Notes under the pieces: model-generated
Database searches by the model: none
The model's input: only the letters and a program-made list of their open reading frames with translations
Told to the model about the DNA's origin: nothing
Shown here: one piece after another, positions 55,995 through 64,000 of the stretch
Layout of the letters: each line of letters starts with the position of its first letter
Position numbering within the stretch: the stretch's first letter is position 1
Assembly (NCBI GenBank): GCA_030651475.1
Contig: JAUSEW010000002.1
Coordinates: forward strand, 19,927 to 83,926
Direction of reading: 5' to 3'
Length of the DNA: 64,000 nt
Source of the DNA: Candidatus Levyibacteriota bacterium
Lineage (GTDB): Bacteria > Patescibacteriota > Microgenomatia > Levybacterales > UBA12049
Program-made: the position numbers and the translations under genes

Positions 55995-57323
55995 ATGGCA
56001 AACATTAAAGTTCCTCCGCATAATGACGAAGCAGAAGAAAGCGTCTTGGGCGCTATACTTCTTGACAAGGATGCGGTAAGTACGGTTTCTCAAATTATCT
56101 CCCCAATGGATTTTTATAACCAGATAAACGGAATAATTTTCGATTCCATGCTCTCTTTGTATGAACAAGGAAAACCGATTGACATTCTGACTCTTAAAAC
56201 TCATCTCAAAAAACAAAAAGGCGAGACGAAGATTGAATCTTCTTATCTTACGGAATTGGTGAATGCTGTTCCAACCGCAGCCAATGTAGAGCATTACGCA
56301 ACAATTATTAAGGAAGCATCTACGAAAAGGTCGCTAATTCAAACAGGCTCACGAATGGTGGAAATGGCTTTTATGGAAGACAAAGAAGTGGGCGACCTTT
56401 TAAATAAAGCGGAATCTTCGATATTTGCTATTTCTCAAAAAAGTTCGCTTAAAACTTTTATTCCGCTTAAGGAAGCTCTTGCGGAAAGTTTTGATAGGAT
56501 AGATGAGCTTCATAAAAAAGGAGTAGGGTTTAGAGGGCTTCGGACAGGATTTGTTGATTTGGATAATATGTTATCCGGAATGCAGCCGTCAAACCTGATA
56601 ATTCTTGCGGCAAGACCAGGACAGGGAAAAACCGCGATGGCTGTAAACATCGCCCAAAATGTGGCGGTAATTGATAAAAAAGCAGTAGGAATATTTTCTT
56701 TAGAAATGAGCAAGGAAGAGTTGGTAGACAGGCTTTTGGTTGGACAGGCAGATGTGGATGCTTGGAGAATAAAGACAGGCAAACTTTCAGAAACAGATTT
56801 TACTAAACTTTCGCGCGCGATGGGAGAATTGGCAGATGCGCCGATTTTTATAGACGATACTCCGGGAATTTCAATGTCCGAAATGAGAACCAAAGCCAGA
56901 AGGCTCCAGCTTGAACACAACGTATCTTTATTTATAGTTGATTATTTACAGCTTGCCGATCCGGGAAGAAGATATGACAACAGGGTACAGGAAGTTTCTA
57001 TTGTTTCCCAATCGCTGAAAAATTTGGCAAGAGAATTAAAGGTTCCTGTTCTCGCAGTTTCCCAGCTTTCCCGTGCAGTTGAGCATAGAGGAGAGAAGAG
57101 GCCCCAGCTTGCGGATCTAAGAGAGTCAGGGGCTATTGAACAGGATGCGGACGTGGTAATGTTTCTGTATAGGCCCGAAGATGAATATGCTCCGACAATG
57201 CAAACCAAACTTTTGGTGGCAAAGCATCGAAACGGGCCTTTGGGAGAGATAGATTTACTTTTCCGCGGAGACAGGGTAAAATTTTATAATGTTGACAGAA
57301 AACGAACCGAAGAATCCGCCTGA
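55995..57323 (+). CDS. dnaB: replicative DNA helicase
   Basis: N-terminal PHNDEAEESVLG, Walker A GQGKTA and RecA-like core. Confidence 0.9.
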   Translation: MANIKVPPHNDEAEESVLGAILLDKDAVSTVSQIISPMDFYNQINGIIFDSMLSLYEQGKPIDILTLKTHLKKQKGETKIESSYLTELVNAVPTAANVEHYATIIKEASTKRSLIQTGSRMVEMAFMEDKEVGDLLNKAESSIFAISQKSSLKTFIPLKEALAESFDRIDELHKKGVGFRGLRTGFVDLDNMLSGMQPSNLIILAARPGQGKTAMAVNIAQNVAVIDKKAVGIFSLEMSKEELVDRLLVGQADVDAWRIKTGKLSETDFTKLSRAMGELADAPIFIDDTPGISMSEMRTKARRLQLEHNVSLFIVDYLQLADPGRRYDNRVQEVSIVSQSLKNLARELKVPVLAVSQLSRAVEHRGEKRPQLADLRESGAIEQDADVVMFLYRPEDEYAPTMQTKLLVAKHRNGPLGEIDLLFRGDRVKFYNVDRKRTEESA

Positions 57324-57404
57324 ACTTGCCTCGATTGAAGAAAAGTTAGCAGCAATTTCTGCAAAACTCGGCGCTTAGAACAGGCTTTTTAGACTTTGTA
57401 TAGC

Positions 57405-57429
57405 TTTACACCCCAAGGGTGTAGCCTCA
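57405..57429. repeat. GC-rich palindromic element (family 2), intergenic copy
   Basis: TTTACACCCCAAGGGTGTAGCCTCA lies between convergent dnaB and the hydrolase gene. Confidence 0.7.
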
Positions 57430-57433
57430 AACT

Positions 57434-58021
57434 TTATAGTGAAAGCTTGAGGAGGGAATTTAAAACGATGGGGAGTTTGACTACATCATCTTCATCGGTA
57501 AAATGTCCCCTTGCGTGTTCAATAATTGTTTTTGTTCCCAATTCTTTTTCAAATATTTCTTTATTGTCAAGCGGAACATAAGGATCATTATCGGAGAAAA
57601 TGGCAATACTTTTAGGAAGATGAGATTTAACTTTTGCTAAATTTATAGAAGTATTTAGCCATGGAGATATAATTTCTTTTTCTTCATCCGTTAGGTTTGC
57701 GAGAGTAGATTCTCCAGTTGAAAAGAAACCGGCAACGAAAACTGTTCCGCCAACTTTTATATTTTCAGGTAATTTTTCTAGAAATCTTAAAATCGTTTGG
57801 CATCCTACGCTATGTCCTACGAAATAAGTTTTGTCATCGGGTTTGTTGACGGATTCATAAAGACAATCAACCCAGTCTTTGATTGTAGGTTCTTCCGGAT
57901 GAGGCATTACTGGGATATAAACTTCAAAATTATTTTTCTCAAGTTCCTTTTTAAGCCAAGAATACCAATCTCTTTTTGGATGTCCATCCCATCGGTGAAC
58001 AATAAAAACTCGCTTCTTCAT
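57434..58021 (-). CDS. alpha/beta hydrolase (RBBP9/YdeN-like serine hydrolase)
   Basis: VGHSVGC nucleophile elbow. Confidence 0.7.
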   Translation of the reverse strand: MKKRVFIVHRWDGHPKRDWYSWLKKELEKNNFEVYIPVMPHPEEPTIKDWVDCLYESVNKPDDKTYFVGHSVGCQTILRFLEKLPENIKVGGTVFVAGFFSTGESTLANLTDEEKEIISPWLNTSINLAKVKSHLPKSIAIFSDNDPYVPLDNKEIFEKELGTKTIIEHARGHFTDEDDVVKLPIVLNSLLKLSL

Positions 58022-58023
58022 TG

Positions 58024-59400
58024 TTATTTTTCAAGCGCGATAATTTTGAGCTGTGTTAATTCGCGAAATCCATGTTCTCCATGCTCGCGTCCCATCCCTG
58101 AATTCTTATATCCGCCAAAAGGATTACAGGGCAGCCAATGATTCCCTTGATTAATATCAATTGCACCTGCATCTATCTTAGATATCATCTTGAGAGCGCG
58201 ATTTTTGTCTTTGCAATAAATCTGCGCGCCCAAGCCATAGCTGGTATCGTTGGCAAGTTCTATCGCTTCCTGTTCTGTTTTAAAAGGTACAATTACCAGG
58301 ACGGGACCAAAGGTTTCCTCTGCCCAAACCCTCATATTTTTCTTAACATTAGTTAAGATAGTTGGTAGATAATAAGCGCCTTTCAAATCTCTTGGTCTTC
58401 TTCCGCCGGTAATAATTTTAGCCCCTTTTCTAATCGCATCCTCAACTTGCGATTCAAGCAGATCTAATTGTCTTTTTGCCGCTAGGCTTCCGATATCTGT
58501 GTTTTTATTTTGCGGATCGTTGACTATTTTTGTCTCAATTAACGCTTTGAGTTCTTTCACGATTTTATCAAAAATCGATTCGTGTACGATTAATCTTTTT
58601 ACAGCATCGCAAACCTGACCGCAATTCAAAAACCTCCTGATATAAATCTTGCTAATAATTTCTTCTACGTTTACGTCAGCAAAAACAATCGCCGGATTTG
58701 ATCCTCCCATTTCCAGAACGGTCTTGATAAATTTCCGGCCGGCAATTTCATAAAGTTTTTTTCCTACCTTCGTACTGCCTGTAAACCAGATAAGATTAAC
58801 ATCTTGGTTTGCTAATTGTTCGCCGACTTTGCCATCGCCATAAACTTCAGCAAATACGCCTTTTGGAAGCTGGCTTTTATTCATAACTTCTTCTATAAAC
58901 TTTCCCGTCAGGGGACATTCTTCAGAATGTTTGAATACTACGGTATTTCCGGCAATTAGATTAGGAATTACTGCCCAAAGAAATGTATCGAAAGGGAAAT
59001 TCCATGGTGTTATGACTGCGGCAACACCGATTGGCTCATAAACTATTTTATGAACGGATTTATCATCTTCAAAAGTTTTCTCCGCAGCTAAATATTTTTC
59101 GCCATTTTCCAAAAACCATTTAAAGTAACCTTCGTCCCAAGCGATATCATCCAGGCTTTCCGTTATCGGCTTACCTATTTCTTTGGTGATAAGAAGAGCA
59201 AGCTCTGCTTTTTTACTCATGAATTCGCTAAGAAGCGGTTTGATTAGCTCAATTCTTTTTGCAACTCCAAGTTCTTTCCAGAGAGTTTTTGCTTTTTGAG
59301 CCATTGCCACTTTCTGTTTTATTTCGGAAAGAGTAGAAATGGGAACAGAGCCAACTTGTTCATAATTTCGAGCAGGATTAGTAGAGATTAGTTGCTTCAT
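58024..59400 (-). CDS. NAD(P)-dependent aldehyde dehydrogenase
   Basis: FTGSTKVGKKL, EMGGSNP and catalytic Cys (CGQVCDA). Start taken at MKQLIS. Confidence 0.85.
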   Translation of the reverse strand: MKQLISTNPARNYEQVGSVPISTLSEIKQKVAMAQKAKTLWKELGVAKRIELIKPLLSEFMSKKAELALLITKEIGKPITESLDDIAWDEGYFKWFLENGEKYLAAEKTFEDDKSVHKIVYEPIGVAAVITPWNFPFDTFLWAVIPNLIAGNTVVFKHSEECPLTGKFIEEVMNKSQLPKGVFAEVYGDGKVGEQLANQDVNLIWFTGSTKVGKKLYEIAGRKFIKTVLEMGGSNPAIVFADVNVEEIISKIYIRRFLNCGQVCDAVKRLIVHESIFDKIVKELKALIETKIVNDPQNKNTDIGSLAAKRQLDLLESQVEDAIRKGAKIITGGRRPRDLKGAYYLPTILTNVKKNMRVWAEETFGPVLVIVPFKTEQEAIELANDTSYGLGAQIYCKDKNRALKMISKIDAGAIDINQGNHWLPCNPFGGYKNSGMGREHGEHGFRELTQLKIIALEK

Positions 59401-59451
59401 TATTATTTGTTGATAGGGAATATCGAAAAGTATATAATATGTTGAGGTTTT

Positions 59452-59534
59452 GGGCAAGTGGCGGAATGGTATACGCGGTAGTCTCAAAAACTACTGGTCG
59501 CAAGGCCATGAGGGTTCGACTCCCTCTTTGCCCA
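59452..59534 (+). tRNA. tRNA-Leu (anticodon CAA), type II with long variable arm
   Basis: Acceptor GGGCAAG/CTTTGCCC, D-arm GCGGAATGGTATACGC, anticodon stem GTAGT/ACTAC with loop CTCAAAA, T-arm GAGGGTTCGACTCCCTC. The 3' CCA is not encoded. Confidence 0.7.
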
Positions 59535-59541
59535 CAAAAAT

Positions 59542-62085
59542 ATGGCAGAAAAAAACACAAAAAATGTAAGACTCCCGAATCATGTTGTTCCAGAGCGTTA
59601 TTCGATAACTCTTTTTCCCAATCTTAATGAATTTACTTTTAAAGGAGAAGAGGAGATTCTTCTGGAATTTACAAAATCTGCGAAAGAAATTACTCTTCAC
59701 GCGGCAGAATTGGAGATTGAATCTTGCGAAATGCTTGTGGGGGCAAAAAAAATGAAAGCTCAAAATATTTCCTATGATGAGCAATCTGAAACTGCAACAA
59801 TTTCATTTGACAGAGTTGTTTCAAAAGGTCAAAGCAAATTAAAACTTAATTTTACAGGAATTTTGAATGACAAGATGCGTGGATTTTATAGAAGTAAATA
59901 TGAAATTGAGGGAAAAGATCACCATATGGCTGTTACGCAATTTGAATCAACAGATGCAAGACGGGCTTTTCCTTCATTTGATGAACCGGCAAAAAAAGTA
60001 ATTTTTGACGTTCGGCTAATTGTTCCGCAAGATCATACTGCAATTTCAAATACTATCGAAACAGAAATTGCAGAGCATTCGCCCGGATATAAAATTGTCA
60101 CATTTGAACCAACTCCTAAAATGTCAACCTATCTTTTGGCTTTTATCGTTGGGAAATTTGAGCATATAGAGACCAAAACAAAAGCTGATGTAAAAGTTAG
60201 GGTTTTTACAACCCCCGGTAAAAAACACCAAGCCAAATTTGCTTTGGAAACAGCAGTGAAGGTTCTGGAATTCTACGAAGAATATTTTGGAATTCCATAT
60301 CCTTTGCCTGTTTTAGATCTAATCGCGATTCCGGATTTTGCTGCCGGGGCAATGGAAAATTGGGGAGCAGTCACATATCGCGAAACAGCATTATTAGTTG
60401 ACGAAGAACTTTCTTCAACAGCGAACAGACAGCACGTTGCGCTTGTCATCGCGCATGAATTGGCGCACATGTGGTTTGGGAATTTGGTGACAATGGAATG
60501 GTGGACGCATTTGTGGCTTAATGAAGGATTTGCGTCATACATAGAATATTTGGCAGTTGATCATTTATTCCCTGCCTGGCATGTCTGGACGCAATTTGTT
60601 TTTATGGATCATGCAAGAGCTCTAGGGCTGGATGGGTTGAAAAATACACATCAGATTGAAGTCGAGGTATATCATTCATTGGAAATAAGTGAAATTTTCG
60701 ATGCAGTCAGTTATTCAAAAGGAGCATCAATCATAAGAATGCTGGCCGCTTATTTGGGGGAAAAAGTTTTCCAAAAAGGCCTTCAGGCGTATCTAAAAAA
60801 ACATCAATATGCCAATGCAAAAACGATAGATTTATGGGCATCTTTGGAAAAAGTATCCGGAAAAAAAGTGCAAAAAATTATGGAAAATTGGACAGGCAAA
60901 CCCGGATATCCATTGGTAAATATTTCAGATGTAGGCAAAAAATTAAAACTTACTCAAGCAAGATTTTTTTCCAGCCCCATTTCCGCAAAGGAATCAAAAG
61001 ACAAAACACTTTGGTCAATTCCCTTAGATTCTCTTCTATTTTCCAAAAAATCTCTTTTTATACCAAAATCAAAAGGATGGGTGAAATTTAATAGGGGAGA
61101 AACCAGCTTTATTCGCGTTCAGTATCCGTCCTCTCTTTTGAAATTGTTGGGAAAACCAATAAGCGAAAAAGTTCTGTCTCCGGAGGACCGCTATGGATTA
61201 ATTAGAGATGTATTTATGCTGGCTCAATCAGGACACAGTTCAACTGTTGATGCTTTACGTCTGACGCAGACTTTTGAAAAAGAAGATGATTATATAGTTT
61301 GGGTAGAAATTGCCTCTAATTTGCATTCGATTGATAATCTGATTTTTAAAGAAAATTTTTATGAGGAATATAGATCTTTTTGCCGAAAAGTTTTTAAGCC
61401 AATTGCCGAAAAATTAGGATGGAATAAAAAAGAAGGGGAGTCGCATTTTCAAACACTTTTAAGAAGTATGGCTTTGTATGGGTTAGGAACAAATGGGGAA
61501 GAAAGCATTATTCAAAAAGCAAAAGAATTTTTTGAGAAATCTGTTTTGGGAAGAACTAAACTGGATTCTGATTTGCGAAGCGTTGTTTATAATTTGGTTG
61601 CGGAAAATGGAGGAGAAAAAGAGTATTTAGAGCTTAAAAATCTTTATGCAGGGACTCCTTTTCAGGAAGAGAAAGACCGTATCTTTAGGGCGCTTTGTTC
61701 GTTTAGAAACGAAAACTTACTGGAAAAATCACTGGAAATGGCATTTTCGGAAAAAATGAGAGCTACCGATCGAGTTAAGGCAGTGAGTTTCGTTTGGGCA
61801 AATCCTCTGGGACAAGATTTGGCTTGGGAGCATGTTAAGAAAAACTGGAAATCAATTCAGAAGACCTTTGCCGGAGGACATCTATATTCGAGATTTATTC
61901 AACCGGCTGTTAATTTCGTAGACAGCAAAAAAGCCAAAGAAATAGAAGATTTTTTCAAAAAAAATACGCCAAAAGGGCTTGAGCGGACAATAGCTCAAGT
62001 TGCAGAACAAATTCGGGCAAATGATCTTTGGTTAAAACGGGACAGAACCAAAATCTCCGTGTTTCTTCGTCAGACAACGAATTAG
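59542..62085 (+). CDS. pepN: aminopeptidase N (M1 family)
   Basis: GAMENWG and HELAHMWFGNLVTMEWW...E gluzincin motifs. Confidence 0.9.
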   Translation: MAEKNTKNVRLPNHVVPERYSITLFPNLNEFTFKGEEEILLEFTKSAKEITLHAAELEIESCEMLVGAKKMKAQNISYDEQSETATISFDRVVSKGQSKLKLNFTGILNDKMRGFYRSKYEIEGKDHHMAVTQFESTDARRAFPSFDEPAKKVIFDVRLIVPQDHTAISNTIETEIAEHSPGYKIVTFEPTPKMSTYLLAFIVGKFEHIETKTKADVKVRVFTTPGKKHQAKFALETAVKVLEFYEEYFGIPYPLPVLDLIAIPDFAAGAMENWGAVTYRETALLVDEELSSTANRQHVALVIAHELAHMWFGNLVTMEWWTHLWLNEGFASYIEYLAVDHLFPAWHVWTQFVFMDHARALGLDGLKNTHQIEVEVYHSLEISEIFDAVSYSKGASIIRMLAAYLGEKVFQKGLQAYLKKHQYANAKTIDLWASLEKVSGKKVQKIMENWTGKPGYPLVNISDVGKKLKLTQARFFSSPISAKESKDKTLWSIPLDSLLFSKKSLFIPKSKGWVKFNRGETSFIRVQYPSSLLKLLGKPISEKVLSPEDRYGLIRDVFMLAQSGHSSTVDALRLTQTFEKEDDYIVWVEIASNLHSIDNLIFKENFYEEYRSFCRKVFKPIAEKLGWNKKEGESHFQTLLRSMALYGLGTNGEESIIQKAKEFFEKSVLGRTKLDSDLRSVVYNLVAENGGEKEYLELKNLYAGTPFQEEKDRIFRALCSFRNENLLEKSLEMAFSEKMRATDRVKAVSFVWANPLGQDLAWEHVKKNWKSIQKTFAGGHLYSRFIQPAVNFVDSKKAKEIEDFFKKNTPKGLERTIAQVAEQIRANDLWLKRDRTKISVFLRQTTN

Positions 62086-62148
62086 ATTGATAATTGCAGC
62101 GCGCTCGTTTTATGAGTATAATTGAAAAACCTTTAACAATTTTATTTT

Positions 62149-62703
62149 ATGATTCCAGTGACATCACTTAGAAGCGGTATTACTTTCAGAGAGGACGGCG
62201 ATATTTTCGTAATCGTTTCCTACAGCCATCTCCATCTTAGAAAAACAAGCGCGGTTGTTAAGGTAAAGGCGAGAAATATCAGAAACGGTTCTTTGGTTGA
62301 GAAAAGTTTTGGCAGCAATGCGAAAGTGAACGATGTGCATGTTGAGAAAAAGGATTTGCAATTTCTTTATAAAGACGCTGACAGCGCGTATTTTATGAAT
62401 CCTACGACTTTTGATCAAATTACCATTCCTCTTTCGGTAATTTTAGATTATCAATACCTAAAAGAAGGAGCTTCCTTTACCATCAGCTTTTTGGGAGAAG
62501 ATCCAATAGCTGTAGCTTTTCCTCCCAAAATGGATTTTAAGGTTACGGAAACAGGTCCGTCGGTCAGGGGAAATTCCGCAACCAATGTTTTTAAAGACGC
62601 GACTTTGGAAAACGGACTTAAGACAAAAATTCCTTTATTTGTCGATGCCGGCGATATAATCCGTGTGGATACCAGGACAGGGGAGTACAGCGAAAAAGCC
62701 TAA
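62149..62703 (+). CDS. efp: elongation factor P
   Basis: 184 aa with a three-domain EF-P pattern. Confidence 0.9.
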   Translation: MIPVTSLRSGITFREDGDIFVIVSYSHLHLRKTSAVVKVKARNIRNGSLVEKSFGSNAKVNDVHVEKKDLQFLYKDADSAYFMNPTTFDQITIPLSVILDYQYLKEGASFTISFLGEDPIAVAFPPKMDFKVTETGPSVRGNSATNVFKDATLENGLKTKIPLFVDAGDIIRVDTRTGEYSEKA

Positions 62704-62712
62704 ATAGAATCT

Positions 62713-63981
62713 ATGACTAACGATATTTTCAAGGTTTTGAAGGTTAGGCCATTTCTCTTTATGATGGTTTCCGAGTTCTTTTCCCAATTTGCTTTCAACA
62801 TGCAGAATTTCGTGCTGATATTTATTGTCTATGGGATTACCCATTCCAATACTGCGGTTTCCGGAATAGTGCTTTCGTTTACCATACCCGCAGTTTTCTT
62901 AAGCTTGGTAAGCGGGGTATATGTGGATAGATGGGATAAGAAAAAAGTGCTGTTTTTTACCAATCTTATTCGGGGGCTACTGCTTTTGTTTTTCTTAATC
63001 CCAAACCTTCATGTTGGGTTTATCTACACTCTTACATTTTTCATCGCTGTTGCAACGCAATTTTTTATCCCCGCGGAATCTGCTTTTATTCCAAGACTTG
63101 TTCCTCAAAGACTTATTTTGTCCGCCAATTCAATCTTTTCCTTAGGAATATACAGTACTATTTTGATAGGCTATGTGGTTTCAGGACCTTCGCTTCTTCT
63201 TTTGGGGAAAAATGCCACGATAATTTTTCTTTCATCATTATTTCTGCTGGCATCTCTGGCAACGCTTCTTATAAAACCCCTAACTAAAGGAAATGCCATG
63301 GAATTACAGCCAAAAAACAATGGCGTTTCGGATTTAAAGCTTGAGATACAGGAGATATTTACTTTTCTTTCAAAAGCCAAAAAAGTAATGAGGGCGTTAA
63401 TTGCCATAACGTTGGCGCAGGCAATAATTTTCACCTTTTCGGTATTGGCTCCGGGATATATGACCAGCATTCTGAATGTCCAGATAGAAAGCCTTTCCTG
63501 GATTTTGCTTGCTCCTGCTGGTTTGGGAATGGGATTTGGCGCGCTTTTGCTAGGCACTATTGGCAAAAGATATGAGCATAAGTGGCTTATCAAAGTTGGT
63601 TTTATAATTTCAGGCGTTATCTTTATTCTTTTTCCCTTCGCCAGCAAAGTCACGTCCAGAGCATTCATACAAACCCTAAATGATTTCTTGCCCAACTTTC
63701 TAGATGTAACCATATTGCATTTAGTAATTGTCCTGGCTTTTATTGTAGGTTTTGCCAATTCTTTGATTTTCGTTACCTCAAATACCGCAATCCAAGTTTC
63801 GGCAGGGGAGGGAATTAGAGGAAGAATATACGGGCTTTTAAATGCTTTGGTTGGGGCAGTTTCATTTCTCCCCGTAGTTTTGGCAGGAGCACTCGCTGAT
63901 CTCTTGGGAGTCGGAACTGTAATTACAGCGATAGGAATTTTGATGCTTTTAGTTGCTGTTCTATTTTCTGTCTTCGATTGA
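62713..63981 (+). CDS. MFS transporter
   Basis: 12-TM protein with YVDRWDKKK motif between TM2 and TM3. Confidence 0.75.
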   Translation: MTNDIFKVLKVRPFLFMMVSEFFSQFAFNMQNFVLIFIVYGITHSNTAVSGIVLSFTIPAVFLSLVSGVYVDRWDKKKVLFFTNLIRGLLLLFFLIPNLHVGFIYTLTFFIAVATQFFIPAESAFIPRLVPQRLILSANSIFSLGIYSTILIGYVVSGPSLLLLGKNATIIFLSSLFLLASLATLLIKPLTKGNAMELQPKNNGVSDLKLEIQEIFTFLSKAKKVMRALIAITLAQAIIFTFSVLAPGYMTSILNVQIESLSWILLAPAGLGMGFGALLLGTIGKRYEHKWLIKVGFIISGVIFILFPFASKVTSRAFIQTLNDFLPNFLDVTILHLVIVLAFIVGFANSLIFVTSNTAIQVSAGEGIRGRIYGLLNALVGAVSFLPVVLAGALADLLGVGTVITAIGILMLLVAVLFSVFD

Positions 63982-64000
63982 AATTATGTATTTTTTATTC

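Noticed and set aside
57396-57581. 61-aa ORF between dnaB and the hydrolase gene
   Set aside because: It is composed largely of the family-2 palindromic element and overlaps the convergent hydrolase gene. It is most likely spurious.
1-64000. Scan for rRNA genes, CRISPR arrays and alternative genetic code
   Set aside because: No rRNA-like conserved stretches and no repeat-spacer arrays were seen. TGA terminates gnd-like and dnaB, so there is no evidence for UGA recoding.

Overview
This is a low-GC, gene-dense bacterial contig. The streamlined proteins, such as a ProRS without an editing domain, an N-terminally short RF1 and an extended L31, together with a diversity-generating retroelement (DGR), suggest a small-genome CPR/Patescibacteria-like organism. 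That placement is inferred from the sequence alone. TGA is used as a stop codon (gnd-like ORF, dnaB), so the standard genetic code applies. Most of the window is housekeeping: frr, an archaeal-type inositol-3-phosphate synthase, rseP, an oxidative pentose-phosphate cluster (pgl-zwf-gnd-like), thrC, proS, rpsU-ybeY, dnaX-ybaB, prs, recR, cysS, ppsA, ychF, rpsF-ssb-rpsR, ctpA, a CPA2 antiporter, prfA, rpmE, hisS, pepP, dnaB, tRNA-Leu(CAA), pepN and efp. Two accessory regions stand out. The first runs from about 24.2 to 33.5 kb. It carries a class II Fic protein behind a perfect consensus promoter and a complete DGR made of a target gene with C-terminal VR, a TR, an antisense Avd and an RT. It also carries an LD-transpeptidase and an AbrB-family/Doc toxin-antitoxin pair. 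In the DGR, 26 of 28 VR/TR mismatches fall on TR adenines. A (GT)10 microsatellite lies in the divergent avd/RT control region. The DGR target and an upstream 66-codon GC-rich ORF share a near-identical leaderless promoter. The second region runs from about 38.5 to 43.2 kb and looks like a string of small gene cassettes. Each cassette has an AAAATTCTGCTATAAT-type extended -10 promoter and a conserved 3' motif AAAATTCCCCAAACC. Across the contig, several families of short GC-rich palindromic elements occur in intergenic DNA. They are also inserted in frame inside conserved genes (pgl, zwf, cysS, pepP), reminiscent of Rickettsia palindromic elements. Other notable items are a TrpR/YerC-like regulator flanked by two near-identical 24-bp AT palindromes, a stand-alone sigma-70 region-4 protein and a triple topoisomerase-type zinc-ribbon protein. 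There is also a heptanucleotide repeat plus an A8 tract in the signal-peptide region of a secreted protein gene. No rRNA genes or CRISPR arrays were seen.
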